A DNA stretch of 37,861 bases from Candidatus Rokuibacteriota bacterium (GCA_044866005.1 JBIOTN010000140.1:1-37861), one strand, 5' to 3'; shown: positions 18,446 through 27,915, counted from the stretch's first letter. A program made the numbers and translations. The notes: generated by a model not told the origin, from the sequence alone.

Positions 18446-19813
18446 GTGATCTTCCAGGCGTTCCCCGCCGCATCGGGCTGCATCGCCTACCTCATCGGGT
18501 GCGAGCGGGCAGGTGTCGCCGCCGTCGTGGACCCGTCGCGGCCGGATCTCGACGAGTACGAGGCCTTCGCCCGCGCCCACGGGCTCGCCCTCAGCCACGT
18601 CCTGGACACCCACATCCACGCCGACCACGTCTCGGGGAACCGGGAGCTGGCCGAGCGGACGGGCGGCGAGCTGTGTCTCCACGAGGCCGCCGACGTCCGC
18701 TTTCCGCACCGGAGGGTCGCCGACGGCGACCGGCTGCGCCTCGGCAGCGTGGAGATCCGGGTTCTCCACACCCCCGGGCACACGCCCGAGAGCATGTGCC
18801 TGGTCGTGACCGACACCACCCGCGCGGCGGAGCCGTGGTTCGCGCTCACCGGCGACACGCTCTTCGTCGGCGACGTGGGGCGGCCCGACTTCGGCGGCGA
18901 GGCCGCCGCGCTGGCGCTCTACCGGAGCCTCTTTCAACGGCTCCTGCCGCTGGGCGACGCGGTGGAGGTCTACCCGGCGCACGGCGCCGGGTCGGTCTGC
19001 GGGCGGACGATGTCGGCGAAGCTCGGGTCCACGATCGGCTTCGAGCGCCGCTTCAACCCGGCTCTCCGCCACCGGGACGCGGACGGGTTCGTCCGGGCCC
19101 TCATGCAGGGGCTACCGCCGCGGCCGCCGAACATGGATGGCGTGATCGCCAAGAACAAGGGGGTCGTCATGCTCAAGCGCGCCACGCCGGAGCGCCTTTC
19201 GCCCGGCGACGTCGGGGCCCGGCTCGCGGCCGGCGCCACGCTGGTGGACGTCCGGGACCCGCGCGCGTTCGGTGCGGGCCACGTGGCAGGAAGCCTCAAC
19301 GTCTGGATCGACAGCCCGCAGTTCGCCGAGCGCGTGGGCTGGTTCACGCCGCCGGACCGTCCGCTCGTGCTCCTCGCCGAGACGGAGATGGACGTGGCGC
19401 GGGCGATCGCCGCGCTGGCACGGATCGGTCTCGACGACGTCGCCGGGTACGTGGTCGGAAGCCCCTCGGTGCGCGCCTCGGGCCTGCCCGTGACCGAGCT
19501 GCCCAACGTGAGCGCGTCCGACCTCCATCACCGGCTCGCCGCCGAGCGTGACCTCGTCGTCCTCGACGTCCGCGAGCCCTTGGAGTGGGAGGAGGGACAC
19601 GTCCCCGGCGCCGTCCACATCCCCATGCGCGAGGTGACGGCCCGCGCGGCCGAGCTCCCCCGCGATCGCCCGATCGCGGTCATCTGTCGCGGCGGCCCCC
19701 GCTCGAGCACCGTCGGGAGCCTCCTGCTCGCCCGGGGGTTCTCCCGGCTCACCAACGTCTGGGGCGGGATGATCGGCTGGCTCGAGGCGGGCCTCCCGGT
19801 CGCCGAGGACTAG
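18446..19813 (+). CDS. MBL-fold persulfide dioxygenase fused to two rhodanese domains (CstB/Blh-like)
   Basis: THIHADH, HTPGHT, TGDTLFVGDVGRPD, PAHGAGS.CG; first rhodanese lacks Cys; last has CRGGPRS. Confidence 0.9.
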   Translation: MIFQAFPAASGCIAYLIGCERAGVAAVVDPSRPDLDEYEAFARAHGLALSHVLDTHIHADHVSGNRELAERTGGELCLHEAADVRFPHRRVADGDRLRLGSVEIRVLHTPGHTPESMCLVVTDTTRAAEPWFALTGDTLFVGDVGRPDFGGEAAALALYRSLFQRLLPLGDAVEVYPAHGAGSVCGRTMSAKLGSTIGFERRFNPALRHRDADGFVRALMQGLPPRPPNMDGVIAKNKGVVMLKRATPERLSPGDVGARLAAGATLVDVRDPRAFGAGHVAGSLNVWIDSPQFAERVGWFTPPDRPLVLLAETEMDVARAIAALARIGLDDVAGYVVGSPSVRASGLPVTELPNVSASDLHHRLAAERDLVVLDVREPLEWEEGHVPGAVHIPMREVTARAAELPRDRPIAVICRGGPRSSTVGSLLLARGFSRLTNVWGGMIGWLEAGLPVAED

Positions 19814-19885
19814 GGTCTCTTCGGGGGGTCTCGGAAGCCCCCCCGATGCCCCCCCGCCGTTCCGGCGGCGAAGCCGCCGCTCGGA
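19811..19885 (+). repeat. Palindromic element family 1, copy C
   Basis: TAG-ggtctcttcggggggtctcggaagcccccccgatgcccccccgccg..CGGCGGC-GAA-GCCGCCGC-TCGGA; near-identical to the reverse complement of 28330-28403. Confidence 0.9.
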
Positions 19886-21102
19886 AGCATCCCCAACGGC
19901 ACGACGACGTGTCTCATCGGTTCAGTGACTCGGACAGCGGAGAGGCCCCCGGGCGGGACGGCCAAGGGCTCCCCGCCGCGGGGGCCGACGCGAACGCCCC
20001 GCTCCGCCTGCTCCAGATCTATCCCAAGGGCGACTTCCACACCGGCGCGGCCATCCAGCTCCGTGACCTCGCCGGGGCGCTCGCCGCGCGCGGCCATCGG
20101 GTGCTCGTCCTCACCCCGCCGAACGCGCGCTGGCGGGCCGAGGCGGAGGCGGCGGGGTTCGCCCATCACGGCTTCTTCCGCTCGCCCGCGGATCCCCTCG
20201 GCGCCATCATGCTGGCCCGCCTGCTCCGCACCGCGCGGGTGCAGGTCGTCCACGCCCACAAGGGCGCCGGCCGCACCCTCGCGCTCTTCGCGCGGGTCTT
20301 CGGCCCGCGGCCCCCGCTCGTGGTGAACCGGGGCGTCAGCTTCCGGCTCTCGTTCGGCGGCCGCGTCCTCGACACGAGCCCGCTCGTGGCCGCCGTCGTC
20401 GCCGTCTGCGAGGCGATCCGGAGCGACCTCGTCCGGCAGGGCATGCCGGCCGACCGGATCGAGGTCGTCTACTCGGGAACGGACACCGCGCGCTTCGACC
20501 CGGCCCGCGTGACCGGCGCCGGCGTCCGCGCCGAGCTCGGGCTCGAGGCCGGGGCGCCGCTGGTGACCCAGATCGGGGTCCGCGAGACGAAGGGCAACGA
20601 CGACGTCCTCCGCGCCTTCGCCGCCGTGCGCGCGGCGCGGCCGAGTGCACGACTGCTGCTGGTCGGCGCCCGACCGGAGAAGCGCCCGCCGCTCGAGGCG
20701 CTCGCCGCCTCCCTCGGCCTCGGTGCCGCCGTGACGATCTGGGGCTACCGCGACGACGTCCCGGAGATCCTCGCCGCCAGCGACGTCTGCGTGGACGCCT
20801 CGACGGTCGGTCTCGGCATCACGGGCGCGCTCCGCGAGTCGCTGGCGATGGAGACGCCCGTCGTCGCCACCAACGCGATGGGCAATCCCGAGCTGGTCGT
20901 CCACGAGCGGACCGGGCTCCTGGTGCCCCCCCGCGAGCCGGCGGCGCTCGCCGCGGCCGTCCTCATGCTCCTCGACGACCCGGCCCGGGCCCGGGCGCTC
21001 GCCCGCGCGGGACGCGGGTGGGTGCGCGAGCGCTTCTCGACGCAGGCGAAGGTGGAGCGGCTCGAGGCGCTCTACCGACGGCTCGCCGCGGCGGGGGGCT
21101 AG
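19846..21102 (+). CDS. Glycosyltransferase family 4 (GT-B), probably LPS-related
   Basis: N-terminal GT4 domain (LRLLQIY..GAA), KG.DD, GYRDDVPEILAASD, ESLAM..PVVAT..GNPELV. Start uncertain (ATG 19846 lies inside the repeat; GTG 19909 is the alternative). Confidence 0.88.
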   Translation: MPPRRSGGEAAARKHPQRHDDVSHRFSDSDSGEAPGRDGQGLPAAGADANAPLRLLQIYPKGDFHTGAAIQLRDLAGALAARGHRVLVLTPPNARWRAEAEAAGFAHHGFFRSPADPLGAIMLARLLRTARVQVVHAHKGAGRTLALFARVFGPRPPLVVNRGVSFRLSFGGRVLDTSPLVAAVVAVCEAIRSDLVRQGMPADRIEVVYSGTDTARFDPARVTGAGVRAELGLEAGAPLVTQIGVRETKGNDDVLRAFAAVRAARPSARLLLVGARPEKRPPLEALAASLGLGAAVTIWGYRDDVPEILAASDVCVDASTVGLGITGALRESLAMETPVVATNAMGNPELVVHERTGLLVPPREPAALAAAVLMLLDDPARARALARAGRGWVRERFSTQAKVERLEALYRRLAAAGG

Positions 21103-21154
21103 AGGGGTTCTGCCTCCTCCCCCGGGCGTTGCGCCGGCGAAGCCGGCGCTCGGA
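21100..21154 (+). repeat. Palindromic element family 1, copy D
   Basis: TAG, short hairpin, C-tract, GCGCCGGC-GAA-GCCGGCGC-TCGGA. Confidence 0.75.
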
Positions 21155-21256
21155 CCGCGTCGTCCACTCGCGAACCGTCGCCGCGGACGGCCGCCACGAC
21201 AGGCCGCGCCGGGCCGGGGCGCGCCAGAATTCCGCGGGTCCTCGCGTTCCCCGGAC

Positions 21257-21265
21257 TGCTACAAT
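21257..21265 (+). promoter_or_regulatory. Extended -10 promoter (TGcTACAAT), probable leaderless msbA transcript
   Basis: TGCTACAAT ends 8 nt before GTG 21274; no Shine-Dalgarno sequence. Confidence 0.6.
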
Positions 21266-21273
21266 ACCCCACC

Positions 21274-23016
21274 GTGATCCCGGCTCGGATGCGCCGGCTC
21301 CTTCCCTACGTCCGGCCCTACTGGTCGTGGCTCGTCGCCGGCAGCGCGCTCGCGCTCGTCGTCTCCGCCATGGACGGGGCGACGGCCTGGCTGGTCAAGC
21401 CGACGATGGACGACATCTTCATCCGGCGCGACCTCACGATGCTCAAGCTCCTTCCCCTGGTCATCCTCGCCCTGTACGTGGCCAAAGGGGCGGCGCGATA
21501 CGGGCAGTCGTACCTGATGGCCGCCGTGGGCGAGCGGGTCATCGCCGCCATCCGGCGTGATCTCTACGTCCACCTCCAGGCGATGCCGCTCGCGTTCTTC
21601 CACAGCCGGCACTCCGCGGACCTGATGTCGCGCGTCGTGGTGGACGCCGGTCGGCTGGCGCGGCTCGCCTCGGAGGTCCTCGTCATGGCCTTCCGGCAGG
21701 TCGCGACCGTCCTCGCCTTGCTCATCGTCATGTTCACGCAGGAAGCGCGCCTCACGCTCCTGGCCCTGATCGCCTTCCCCTGCGTGGGCCTGAGCATCCG
21801 CGCCATGGGACGGCAGCTCTACAAGATCAACCGGCGGACCCAGGAGCAGATCGGCGCGCTGACGACGCTCCTCCAGGAGGCCTTCACCGGGACGAAGATC
21901 GTCAAGGCCTTCGGCCGGGAAGCCCACGAGCGCGGGCGCTTCGACCAGATCAACCGCCGGTTGCTCGAGCTCTCGCTCCGGGACCATCGGGTGGACGAGT
22001 TCGCCGAGCCGGTGATGGAGGTCCTCGCGGCGGTCGGCCTCATGGCGATCCTCTGGTACGGAGGGTACCGGGTCGTGTACGGGCAGATGACGCCGGGCGC
22101 CCTGTTCTCGTTCGTGGCCGCGACGCTCATGCTCTACGGCCCCGTCCGGAAGCTCTCCCGCATGGTCAACCTCTACCAGCAGACGACGCCCTCGGCCGAC
22201 CGCATCTTCGAGCTGCTGGCCCTCCAGCCGGCCGTGGCCGACGCGCCGAACGCGCGCACGCTCTCCGCCTTCCGTGACCGCATCGAATTCGACCACGTGT
22301 GGTTCCAGTACGCCGGCGGCGAGATGGTGCTCAAGGACATCTGCCTCACCGTGCCGCGCGGCGAGGTCGTGGCCTTCGTCGGGATGAGCGGGGCCGGCAA
22401 ATCCACGCTGACCGACCTCATCCCGCGTTTCCACGACGTCAGCCAGGGGCGCATCCTGGTGGACGGCGGGGACGTGCGCGAGTACACGCAAGCCTCGCTC
22501 CGGGCCCAGATCGCCATCGTCACGCAGGAGACCTTCCTCTTCAACGACACGATCGAGGCCAACATCGCGTATGGCAAAGCCGAGGCCACCCGCGACGAGA
22601 TCGAGCGGGCCGCGCAGGCGGCGTACGCCCACGAGTTCATCATCGGGCTGCCGGAGGGCTACCGCACGCTCGTCGGCGAGCGCGGCGTGAAGCTCTCGGG
22701 TGGCCAGCGCCAGCGGATCGCGCTGGCGCGCGCGTTCCTCAAGAACCCGGCGATCCTCATCCTGGACGAGGCGACCTCCGACCTGGATGCCGAGTCGGAG
22801 TTCATGGTCCAGCAGGCTCTCGCGGACCTGACCAAAGGCCGGACGGTCTTCCTGATCGCCCACCGGCTCTCCACCGTCCGCCTGGCGCACCGGATCGCGG
22901 TCTTCCACGAGGGCCGGATCGTCGAGGAAGGCCGGCACGACGAGCTCCTGGCCCGGGACGGCCTCTACCGCCGGCTCCACGCGCTCCAGTTCGCCGCGAC
23001 CGGCCCGCGACTGTGA
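21274..23016 (+). CDS. msbA: Lipid A export ABC transporter (permease/ATPase), MsbA-like
   Basis: Six-TM domain plus Walker A GMSGAGKST, LSGGQRQR, ILDEATS; flanked by GT4 and O-antigen ligase genes. Confidence 0.85.
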   Translation: MIPARMRRLLPYVRPYWSWLVAGSALALVVSAMDGATAWLVKPTMDDIFIRRDLTMLKLLPLVILALYVAKGAARYGQSYLMAAVGERVIAAIRRDLYVHLQAMPLAFFHSRHSADLMSRVVVDAGRLARLASEVLVMAFRQVATVLALLIVMFTQEARLTLLALIAFPCVGLSIRAMGRQLYKINRRTQEQIGALTTLLQEAFTGTKIVKAFGREAHERGRFDQINRRLLELSLRDHRVDEFAEPVMEVLAAVGLMAILWYGGYRVVYGQMTPGALFSFVAATLMLYGPVRKLSRMVNLYQQTTPSADRIFELLALQPAVADAPNARTLSAFRDRIEFDHVWFQYAGGEMVLKDICLTVPRGEVVAFVGMSGAGKSTLTDLIPRFHDVSQGRILVDGGDVREYTQASLRAQIAIVTQETFLFNDTIEANIAYGKAEATRDEIERAAQAAYAHEFIIGLPEGYRTLVGERGVKLSGGQRQRIALARAFLKNPAILILDEATSDLDAESEFMVQQALADLTKGRTVFLIAHRLSTVRLAHRIAVFHEGRIVEEGRHDELLARDGLYRRLHALQFAATGPRL

Positions 23017-24335
23017 GCGCGCTCGTCCACCCCGTCCCTCTCTCGGTCACGCGCGTCCATCTCCCCGCGCTCCGCGACGTGGTGCTGGCGGCGTTCTTCG
23101 TCGCCCTGGCCTTCTCCATCACCGCCTCGCAGACCCTGCTGGCCCTCCTGTTCGTGCTCGCGCTGCCCTGGCCGCGGATCCCGCCCGGTCTCGCCCCGCT
23201 CGGCTGGCTGGGGCACCTCGGGCGCGAGATGTGGAGGGAAGCCGAGCCGCTCCGGCGCCATCCGTTCACGCCCCCGCTCGTCGCGCTGGCCGGCCTGACG
23301 CTCCTGTCGGCGGCGGTGTCCGGCGACCCCGGGTGGAGCCTGTGGATCGCGCGCGACACGCTGCGCATCGCGACCTTCTACCTGGTGCTACGGCTCACGC
23401 GCGACGCCGCGCACGGGCTCCGGCTCTGGCAGGGGTTCCTCCTCACGCTGACCGCGATGGCCTGCTACGGGCTGGTCCAGGCCTATCTGTGCGGACAGCG
23501 ACCGGCCCCGCTGTCCGCGGCCTGGCTCTCGGCGGTGTGCACGCACGCCGAGCGGGTGCGGGGTCCGTTCAGCATCTACATGACCTTCGGCGGCGTGCTG
23601 CTGGTCGGCGCGCTTTTCATCGTGGCGTACCTCGCCAACGTGTCCTGGCGCCACGTCTGGTGGATGGCGCCCGCCGGCGCCGTCACCGTCGGCGCGCTGG
23701 CCTTCACCTACTCCCGGAACGCCTGGCTGGGCCTCGCCGCCGGGACGGTCGGCCTGGTTCTCACGGGGCGCCGGGCCGCCCGCCTCGCCCTCGTCCTCGT
23801 GGCCGTCGTCAGCCTGGTCGCCGCCGTCTCGGACGGCGCGGTCATGGATCGGGTCCGCTCGATCGGCAACCTGCGCGATGCCACGATCCGCGACCGGCTG
23901 GCGATGTGGCGGAGCGGGCTCGCCATGATCGCCGATCATCCGCTCCTCGGCGTCGGGCCGGGAGAGGTGCGCTCCTGGTATCCGCACTACCGCCGGCCCG
24001 AGGCGGTGCGGCTCTCGACCGGCCACCTCCACAACTCCCCCATCCACATCGCGGCGGAACGGGGCTTACCGGCTCTAGCGGCCTGGACCTGGCTCTGGGT
24101 GGTCTTCTTCCGGGCGGGGATCCGGATCCTCCGCCGGGTCCCGCGGGATCAGCTACGGGAGCGCGCGCTCGTCTGCGCGAGTCTGGGCGGCGTGGGCGGG
24201 TTCCTGGTGGCGGGGCTCTTCGAGCACAACTTCGGCGACGGCGAGGTCGTGATGCTGGTCTACGCGCTGATGGCCTTGCCGTTCATCGTCGATCGGGACC
24301 TGAGCACGCGCCCGACACCCGCGGCCGCCGGCTGA
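23013..24335 (+). CDS. O-antigen ligase family (WaaL/Wzy_C) membrane protein
   Basis: GTG start overlaps the msbA stop (GTGA); multi-TM; TYSRNAWLG, R..MW..G..MI.DHP..GVG, HLHN...AERG. Confidence 0.88.
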   Translation: MSALVHPVPLSVTRVHLPALRDVVLAAFFVALAFSITASQTLLALLFVLALPWPRIPPGLAPLGWLGHLGREMWREAEPLRRHPFTPPLVALAGLTLLSAAVSGDPGWSLWIARDTLRIATFYLVLRLTRDAAHGLRLWQGFLLTLTAMACYGLVQAYLCGQRPAPLSAAWLSAVCTHAERVRGPFSIYMTFGGVLLVGALFIVAYLANVSWRHVWWMAPAGAVTVGALAFTYSRNAWLGLAAGTVGLVLTGRRAARLALVLVAVVSLVAAVSDGAVMDRVRSIGNLRDATIRDRLAMWRSGLAMIADHPLLGVGPGEVRSWYPHYRRPEAVRLSTGHLHNSPIHIAAERGLPALAAWTWLWVVFFRAGIRILRRVPRDQLRERALVCASLGGVGGFLVAGLFEHNFGDGEVVMLVYALMALPFIVDRDLSTRPTPAAAG

Positions 24336-24412
24336 CGCCGACGCCGGGCCGACAACCGTCGCGTCCGGCGTCGTCGGTCCTCGGCGCGGCGGCGCCGCGC
24401 CGGGGGCGGCGA

Positions 24413-24847
24413 TCAGGCCGCGAGGTCCGTGCGCCCCACGGCGTCCGCGGCGGACTCGCCGAGGCCAGGGGCGGGTGGGGGAACCGGCACGACGCCGGGC
24501 CGCGGACCTTCCGGCGGGCGCAGCGGGATGATTCGGGCGGACCGCCTCCGGAAGCCGGCCGCCGGCTCTCGCAGCCCATCCACGTCGTGCCAGACCGCGA
24601 TGCCGACCAGGGTCGTGATCCCGCTCACGAGCAGCGCCGCGGGGGCCGCGTCGAGCTGCTCGGGCCAGCCGATGACGGCCCACCACTGGAAGAGCGTCCA
24701 GGCCCCGGTCCACGCCGCGACGTGGCCCAGCCGGCGCGCCCACCGCCGCCCGCGGCGTCGCCACGTGCGTCGTGCAAGAATTGCCGGCGCCGACGCTCGG
24801 CGCGTCGCGACGGGAACCAGCGGGCGGAGGACCGACGGGAGCACCAT
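24413..24847 (-). CDS. Hypothetical small membrane protein
   Basis: ORF fills the gap downstream of nadE; two Trp-rich hydrophobic segments; no family recognised. Confidence 0.45.
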   Translation of the reverse strand: MVLPSVLRPLVPVATRRASAPAILARRTWRRRGRRWARRLGHVAAWTGAWTLFQWWAVIGWPEQLDAAPAALLVSGITTLVGIAVWHDVDGLREPAAGFRRRSARIIPLRPPEGPRPGVVPVPPPAPGLGESAADAVGRTDLAA

Positions 24848-24932
24848 GGCTGCTGCCCCAGCCTGGTGCAAATGCGCGGCCGACCCGCGCAAACGCGATC
24901 GACATCGCCGAGCCACCCACCCCGGCGGGTGG

Positions 24933-24966
24933 CGCCGGACGGGAGCAAGCCGGCGACAGGACCCGC
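24933..24966 (-). repeat. Dispersed repeat, family 2, copy 2
   Basis: CGCCGGACGGGAGCAAGCCGGCGACAGGACCCGC (plus strand), 13 nt downstream of the nadE stop. Confidence 0.85.
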
Positions 24967-24979
24967 CGGGGGGAGCGCG

Positions 24980-26716
24980 TCAGGGATGGCGGAAGCGGTT
25001 GACGATGGGGAGCCGCCAGTCGCGCCCGAAGGCGCGCGGCGTGATCTTGATCCCGGGCGGAGCCTGCCGGCGCTTGTATTCGTTCCGGTCCACCATCGAG
25101 ACGACCTTGCGCACCGTCTCCTCGTCGTACCCCAGCGCGACGATGTCGGCGAGCGAGCGGTCCTCTTCGACGTAGGCCTCGAGGATCGGATCGAGGACCT
25201 CGTAGGGAGGCAGCGTGTCCTGGTCGGTCTGGTTGGGCCGCAGCTCGGCCGACGGCGCGCGGCGGAGGACGGCGTCCGGGATGACCGGGCGGCCGTCGCG
25301 CGCATTGCGATGGCGCGCGAGGGCGTACACCATCGTCTTCGGCACGTCCTTGATCACCGCGAAGCCGCCCGCCATGTCGCCGTAGGTCGTGCAGTAGCCC
25401 ACGCCCATCTCGCTCTTGTTGCCGGTGGTGAGCACGAGCCAGCCGAACTTGTTCGAGAGCGCCATCAGGAGCGTGCCGCGGACGCGCGCCTGGATGTTCT
25501 CCTCGGCGACGTCCTCCTTCAGGCCCTTGAAGGGCGGCGCGAGGATCCGTCGGAACGCGCGGTAGGCGGGCGTGATGGGGAGCACCAGGAACTCCATGCC
25601 GAGGTTCCGGGCCACGCGGCGGGCGTCCGCCCGGGTCGCCGCCGAGGAGAACGGGGACGGCATGGAGACGCCGACCACGCTCTCGCGGCCGAGCGCGTCC
25701 ACCGCGATGGCGGCCGTGAGCGCCGAGTCGATCCCGCCGGAGAGCCCCACCACCACCCGGCGGAAGCCGTTCTTCCGCACGTAGTCGCGCGTGCCGAGCA
25801 CGAGCGCCGCATAGACCTCGGCGTGCGGGTCGAGGAACGCGTCGGCGCGCGCGGGGAGCGGAGGACGCGCCGCCTCCGGGAGCGCCGGGAGCGTGGTGCG
25901 CCGGACCGCCGCCGTGACGGCCAGCTTGTCCTTCCGGCGGCGCGAGTCGTGGAGGCGCGCGCGGAACACGGCCTCCAGGTCGAGGTCCACGACCACGAAG
26001 TCTTCCTCGAACGCGCGCCCGAGCGCCAGGCGCTCGCCCAGCTCGTTGAAGATCAGCGACTGGCCGTCGAACACGAGCTCGTCCTGACCCCCCACGAGGT
26101 TCACGTAGGCCAGGCAGGCCACGTTGTCCGCGGCGCGCGTGGCGAGCATCTTCTCGCGGAAGCGCACCTTGCCGGCGTGGTAGGGAGAGGACGTGATCGT
26201 GACGACCACCTCGGCCCCACCGAGAGCCTGCGCCGTGGCCGGGCCCGTGGGGTACCAGATGTCCTCGCAGATGTTGACGGCGATGACCGCCGGCCCGGCC
26301 GCGCCGCCGCGCTCGAAGACGGGCGTGTCGGTGCCGGCCTGGAAATAGCGGTTCTCGTCGAAGACCCCGTAGTTCGGCAGGTACTGCTTGTGGTAGACGC
26401 CGGCCAGCGCCCGGTCGTGGATCACGGCGGCGGCGTTCATGATGTCGTCGCGCCGGTCCACGAACCCCACCACGACGGTGAGCCCGGCCGCCGCGCGCAC
26501 GACGTCGTCGAGCGCGCGCAGGTTCGCCTCGATGAACGCGGGCTTGAAGAGGAGGTCCTCGGGGGGATAGCCCGGCAGCACGAGCTCGGGGAAGGCGACC
26601 AGGTCCACGCCGAGGGCCCGGGCGCGCTCGATGCCGTCCAGGACCCGGCGCGTGTTGCCCTCGAGGTCCCCGACGGTCGCGTTGACCTGCCCGAGCGCGA
26701 TCCGGATCCGCCGCAT
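24980..26716 (-). CDS. nadE: Glutamine-dependent NAD+ synthetase
   Basis: Nitrilase domain (FPEL..GYPPED, YHK, ICEDIW) plus GLSGGIDS, ENIQAR.R, TGNKSE..GY.T.YGD, PSAEL, EYKRRQ. Confidence 0.97.
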   Translation of the reverse strand: MRRIRIALGQVNATVGDLEGNTRRVLDGIERARALGVDLVAFPELVLPGYPPEDLLFKPAFIEANLRALDDVVRAAAGLTVVVGFVDRRDDIMNAAAVIHDRALAGVYHKQYLPNYGVFDENRYFQAGTDTPVFERGGAAGPAVIAVNICEDIWYPTGPATAQALGGAEVVVTITSSPYHAGKVRFREKMLATRAADNVACLAYVNLVGGQDELVFDGQSLIFNELGERLALGRAFEEDFVVVDLDLEAVFRARLHDSRRRKDKLAVTAAVRRTTLPALPEAARPPLPARADAFLDPHAEVYAALVLGTRDYVRKNGFRRVVVGLSGGIDSALTAAIAVDALGRESVVGVSMPSPFSSAATRADARRVARNLGMEFLVLPITPAYRAFRRILAPPFKGLKEDVAEENIQARVRGTLLMALSNKFGWLVLTTGNKSEMGVGYCTTYGDMAGGFAVIKDVPKTMVYALARHRNARDGRPVIPDAVLRRAPSAELRPNQTDQDTLPPYEVLDPILEAYVEEDRSLADIVALGYDEETVRKVVSMVDRNEYKRRQAPPGIKITPRAFGRDWRLPIVNRFRHP

Positions 26717-26734
26717 GTCGGCCTCTCAGCGGCG

Positions 26735-26743
26735 AGTATACCA
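26735..26743 (-). promoter_or_regulatory. Extended -10 promoter for nadE
   Basis: Minus strand TG-g-TATACT, 18 nt upstream of ATG 26716. Confidence 0.6.
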
Positions 26744-26817
26744 CCCCACCCGGGGACGACCGCTTTGCTCGGCCCCACGCGCATTTGGCCTTGACGGCCC
26801 GGGACGGCGAGGCAATC

Positions 26818-27030
26818 ATGGGACGCATCGTGGACGTCCCGACCGAGCGCCGCACCTACTACCCGCTGCCGCCGCCCGACCCCGGGACGGCCCGGCCCTG
26901 TCCGGAATGCGGCCGGCGGACGCTCGTCCCGTGGTACCTGCGCCGCGACCGGGAGCGCCACGTGTGGCGGCGCTGGATCTGTCTCGCCTGCCAGGCCCAC
27001 GAGGACGTCCGCGAGGACGAATCGGCGTAG
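26818..27030 (+). CDS. Small zinc-ribbon protein (70 aa)
   Basis: ATG at 26818; CPECG...WICLAC (two CxxC); directly precedes the amidohydrolase gene. Confidence 0.65.
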   Translation: MGRIVDVPTERRTYYPLPPPDPGTARPCPECGRRTLVPWYLRRDRERHVWRRWICLACQAHEDVREDESA

Positions 27031-27054
27031 CCGGACGACCGCGCGCATCCTGCC

Positions 27055-27915
27055 ATGACGAAGGCCATCGACGTCCACTGTCACCTCTCGACGCGGCCCC
27101 AGTACGAGGCCTGGGGGCCGTACCTCGGCCCGATGGAGCGCTACTACAAGTTCAAGCCCGACGTGCGGACCGAGGACGGCATGGCGGACGACCTCCGCAG
27201 GGCCGGCGTGAAGGCGTGCATCATCGCCTGGGACGCCGCCGCCGGCTCCGGGGGACCGCCGCTGACCAACGACTACGTCGCCGATCTCCTCCGGCGCTTT
27301 CCCGACGTGTTCCTCGGCGGCTGGGCGATGATCGATCCCTGGAAGGGCCGCGAGGCGCTGCGCGAGGCCGAGCGGGCCCTGACGAAGCTCGGCCTCATGG
27401 GGATCAAGTTCCAGGCGACCGCGCAGGCCTTCTTCCCGGACGACCACCGCTTCTATCCGCTCTACGACCTCTGCCGCTCGCTCGGGAAGGCCGTCCAGTT
27501 CCACTCCGGCACGACCGGCTTCGGCGCCGGGACGCCGGGCGGCATGGGCCTCAAGCTCAAGTACTGCCGCCCCATCCCGCACCTCGACGACGTCGCCGCC
27601 GACTTCCCCGACCTGACGATCATCGCCTGCCACCCGTCCTGGCCCTGGCAGGACGAGATGATCGCCGTCGCGCTCCACAAGGCGAACGTCTCCATGGAGA
27701 TGTCGGGCTGGTCGCCGAAGTACTTCTCCGACGCGCTCAAGCGCGAGATCCGGGGCCGCCTGCAGGACCGGGTCATGTTCGGCTCGGACTACCCGGTGCT
27801 CGGCTACGAGCGCCTCTTCCGCGACTGGGAGGCGGAGGGGTACCCGCAGGAGGTGCTGGAGAAGGTCTACCTGAGGAACGCCGAGCGGATCCTCGGCCTG
27901 CGGGGCACCCCCTAG
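27055..27915 (+). CDS. Amidohydrolase_2 family metallohydrolase (CouO/LigY-like)
   Basis: IDVHCH, FHSG.TG.GAG.PGG.G.KL, HPSWPW, SGWSPKYF, FGSDYP. Confidence 0.88.
   Translation: MTKAIDVHCHLSTRPQYEAWGPYLGPMERYYKFKPDVRTEDGMADDLRRAGVKACIIAWDAAAGSGGPPLTNDYVADLLRRFPDVFLGGWAMIDPWKGREALREAERALTKLGLMGIKFQATAQAFFPDDHRFYPLYDLCRSLGKAVQFHSGTTGFGAGTPGGMGLKLKYCRPIPHLDDVAADFPDLTIIACHPSWPWQDEMIAVALHKANVSMEMSGWSPKYFSDALKREIRGRLQDRVMFGSDYPVLGYERLFRDWEAEGYPQEVLEKVYLRNAERILGLRGTP

Noticed and set aside
24773..24786. Sigma-54-like CGGCAATTCTTGCA on the minus strand
   Set aside because: GG-to-GC spacing is 8 rather than 10 nt, and it lies inside an ORF
118..26794. Long antisense or alternate-frame ORFs (e.g. 118..2043+, 6082..8214+, 12467..14905+, 23231..26794+)
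   Set aside because: Shadow ORFs of high-GC genes; Arg/Pro/Gly-rich with no motifs, and they overlap well-supported genes
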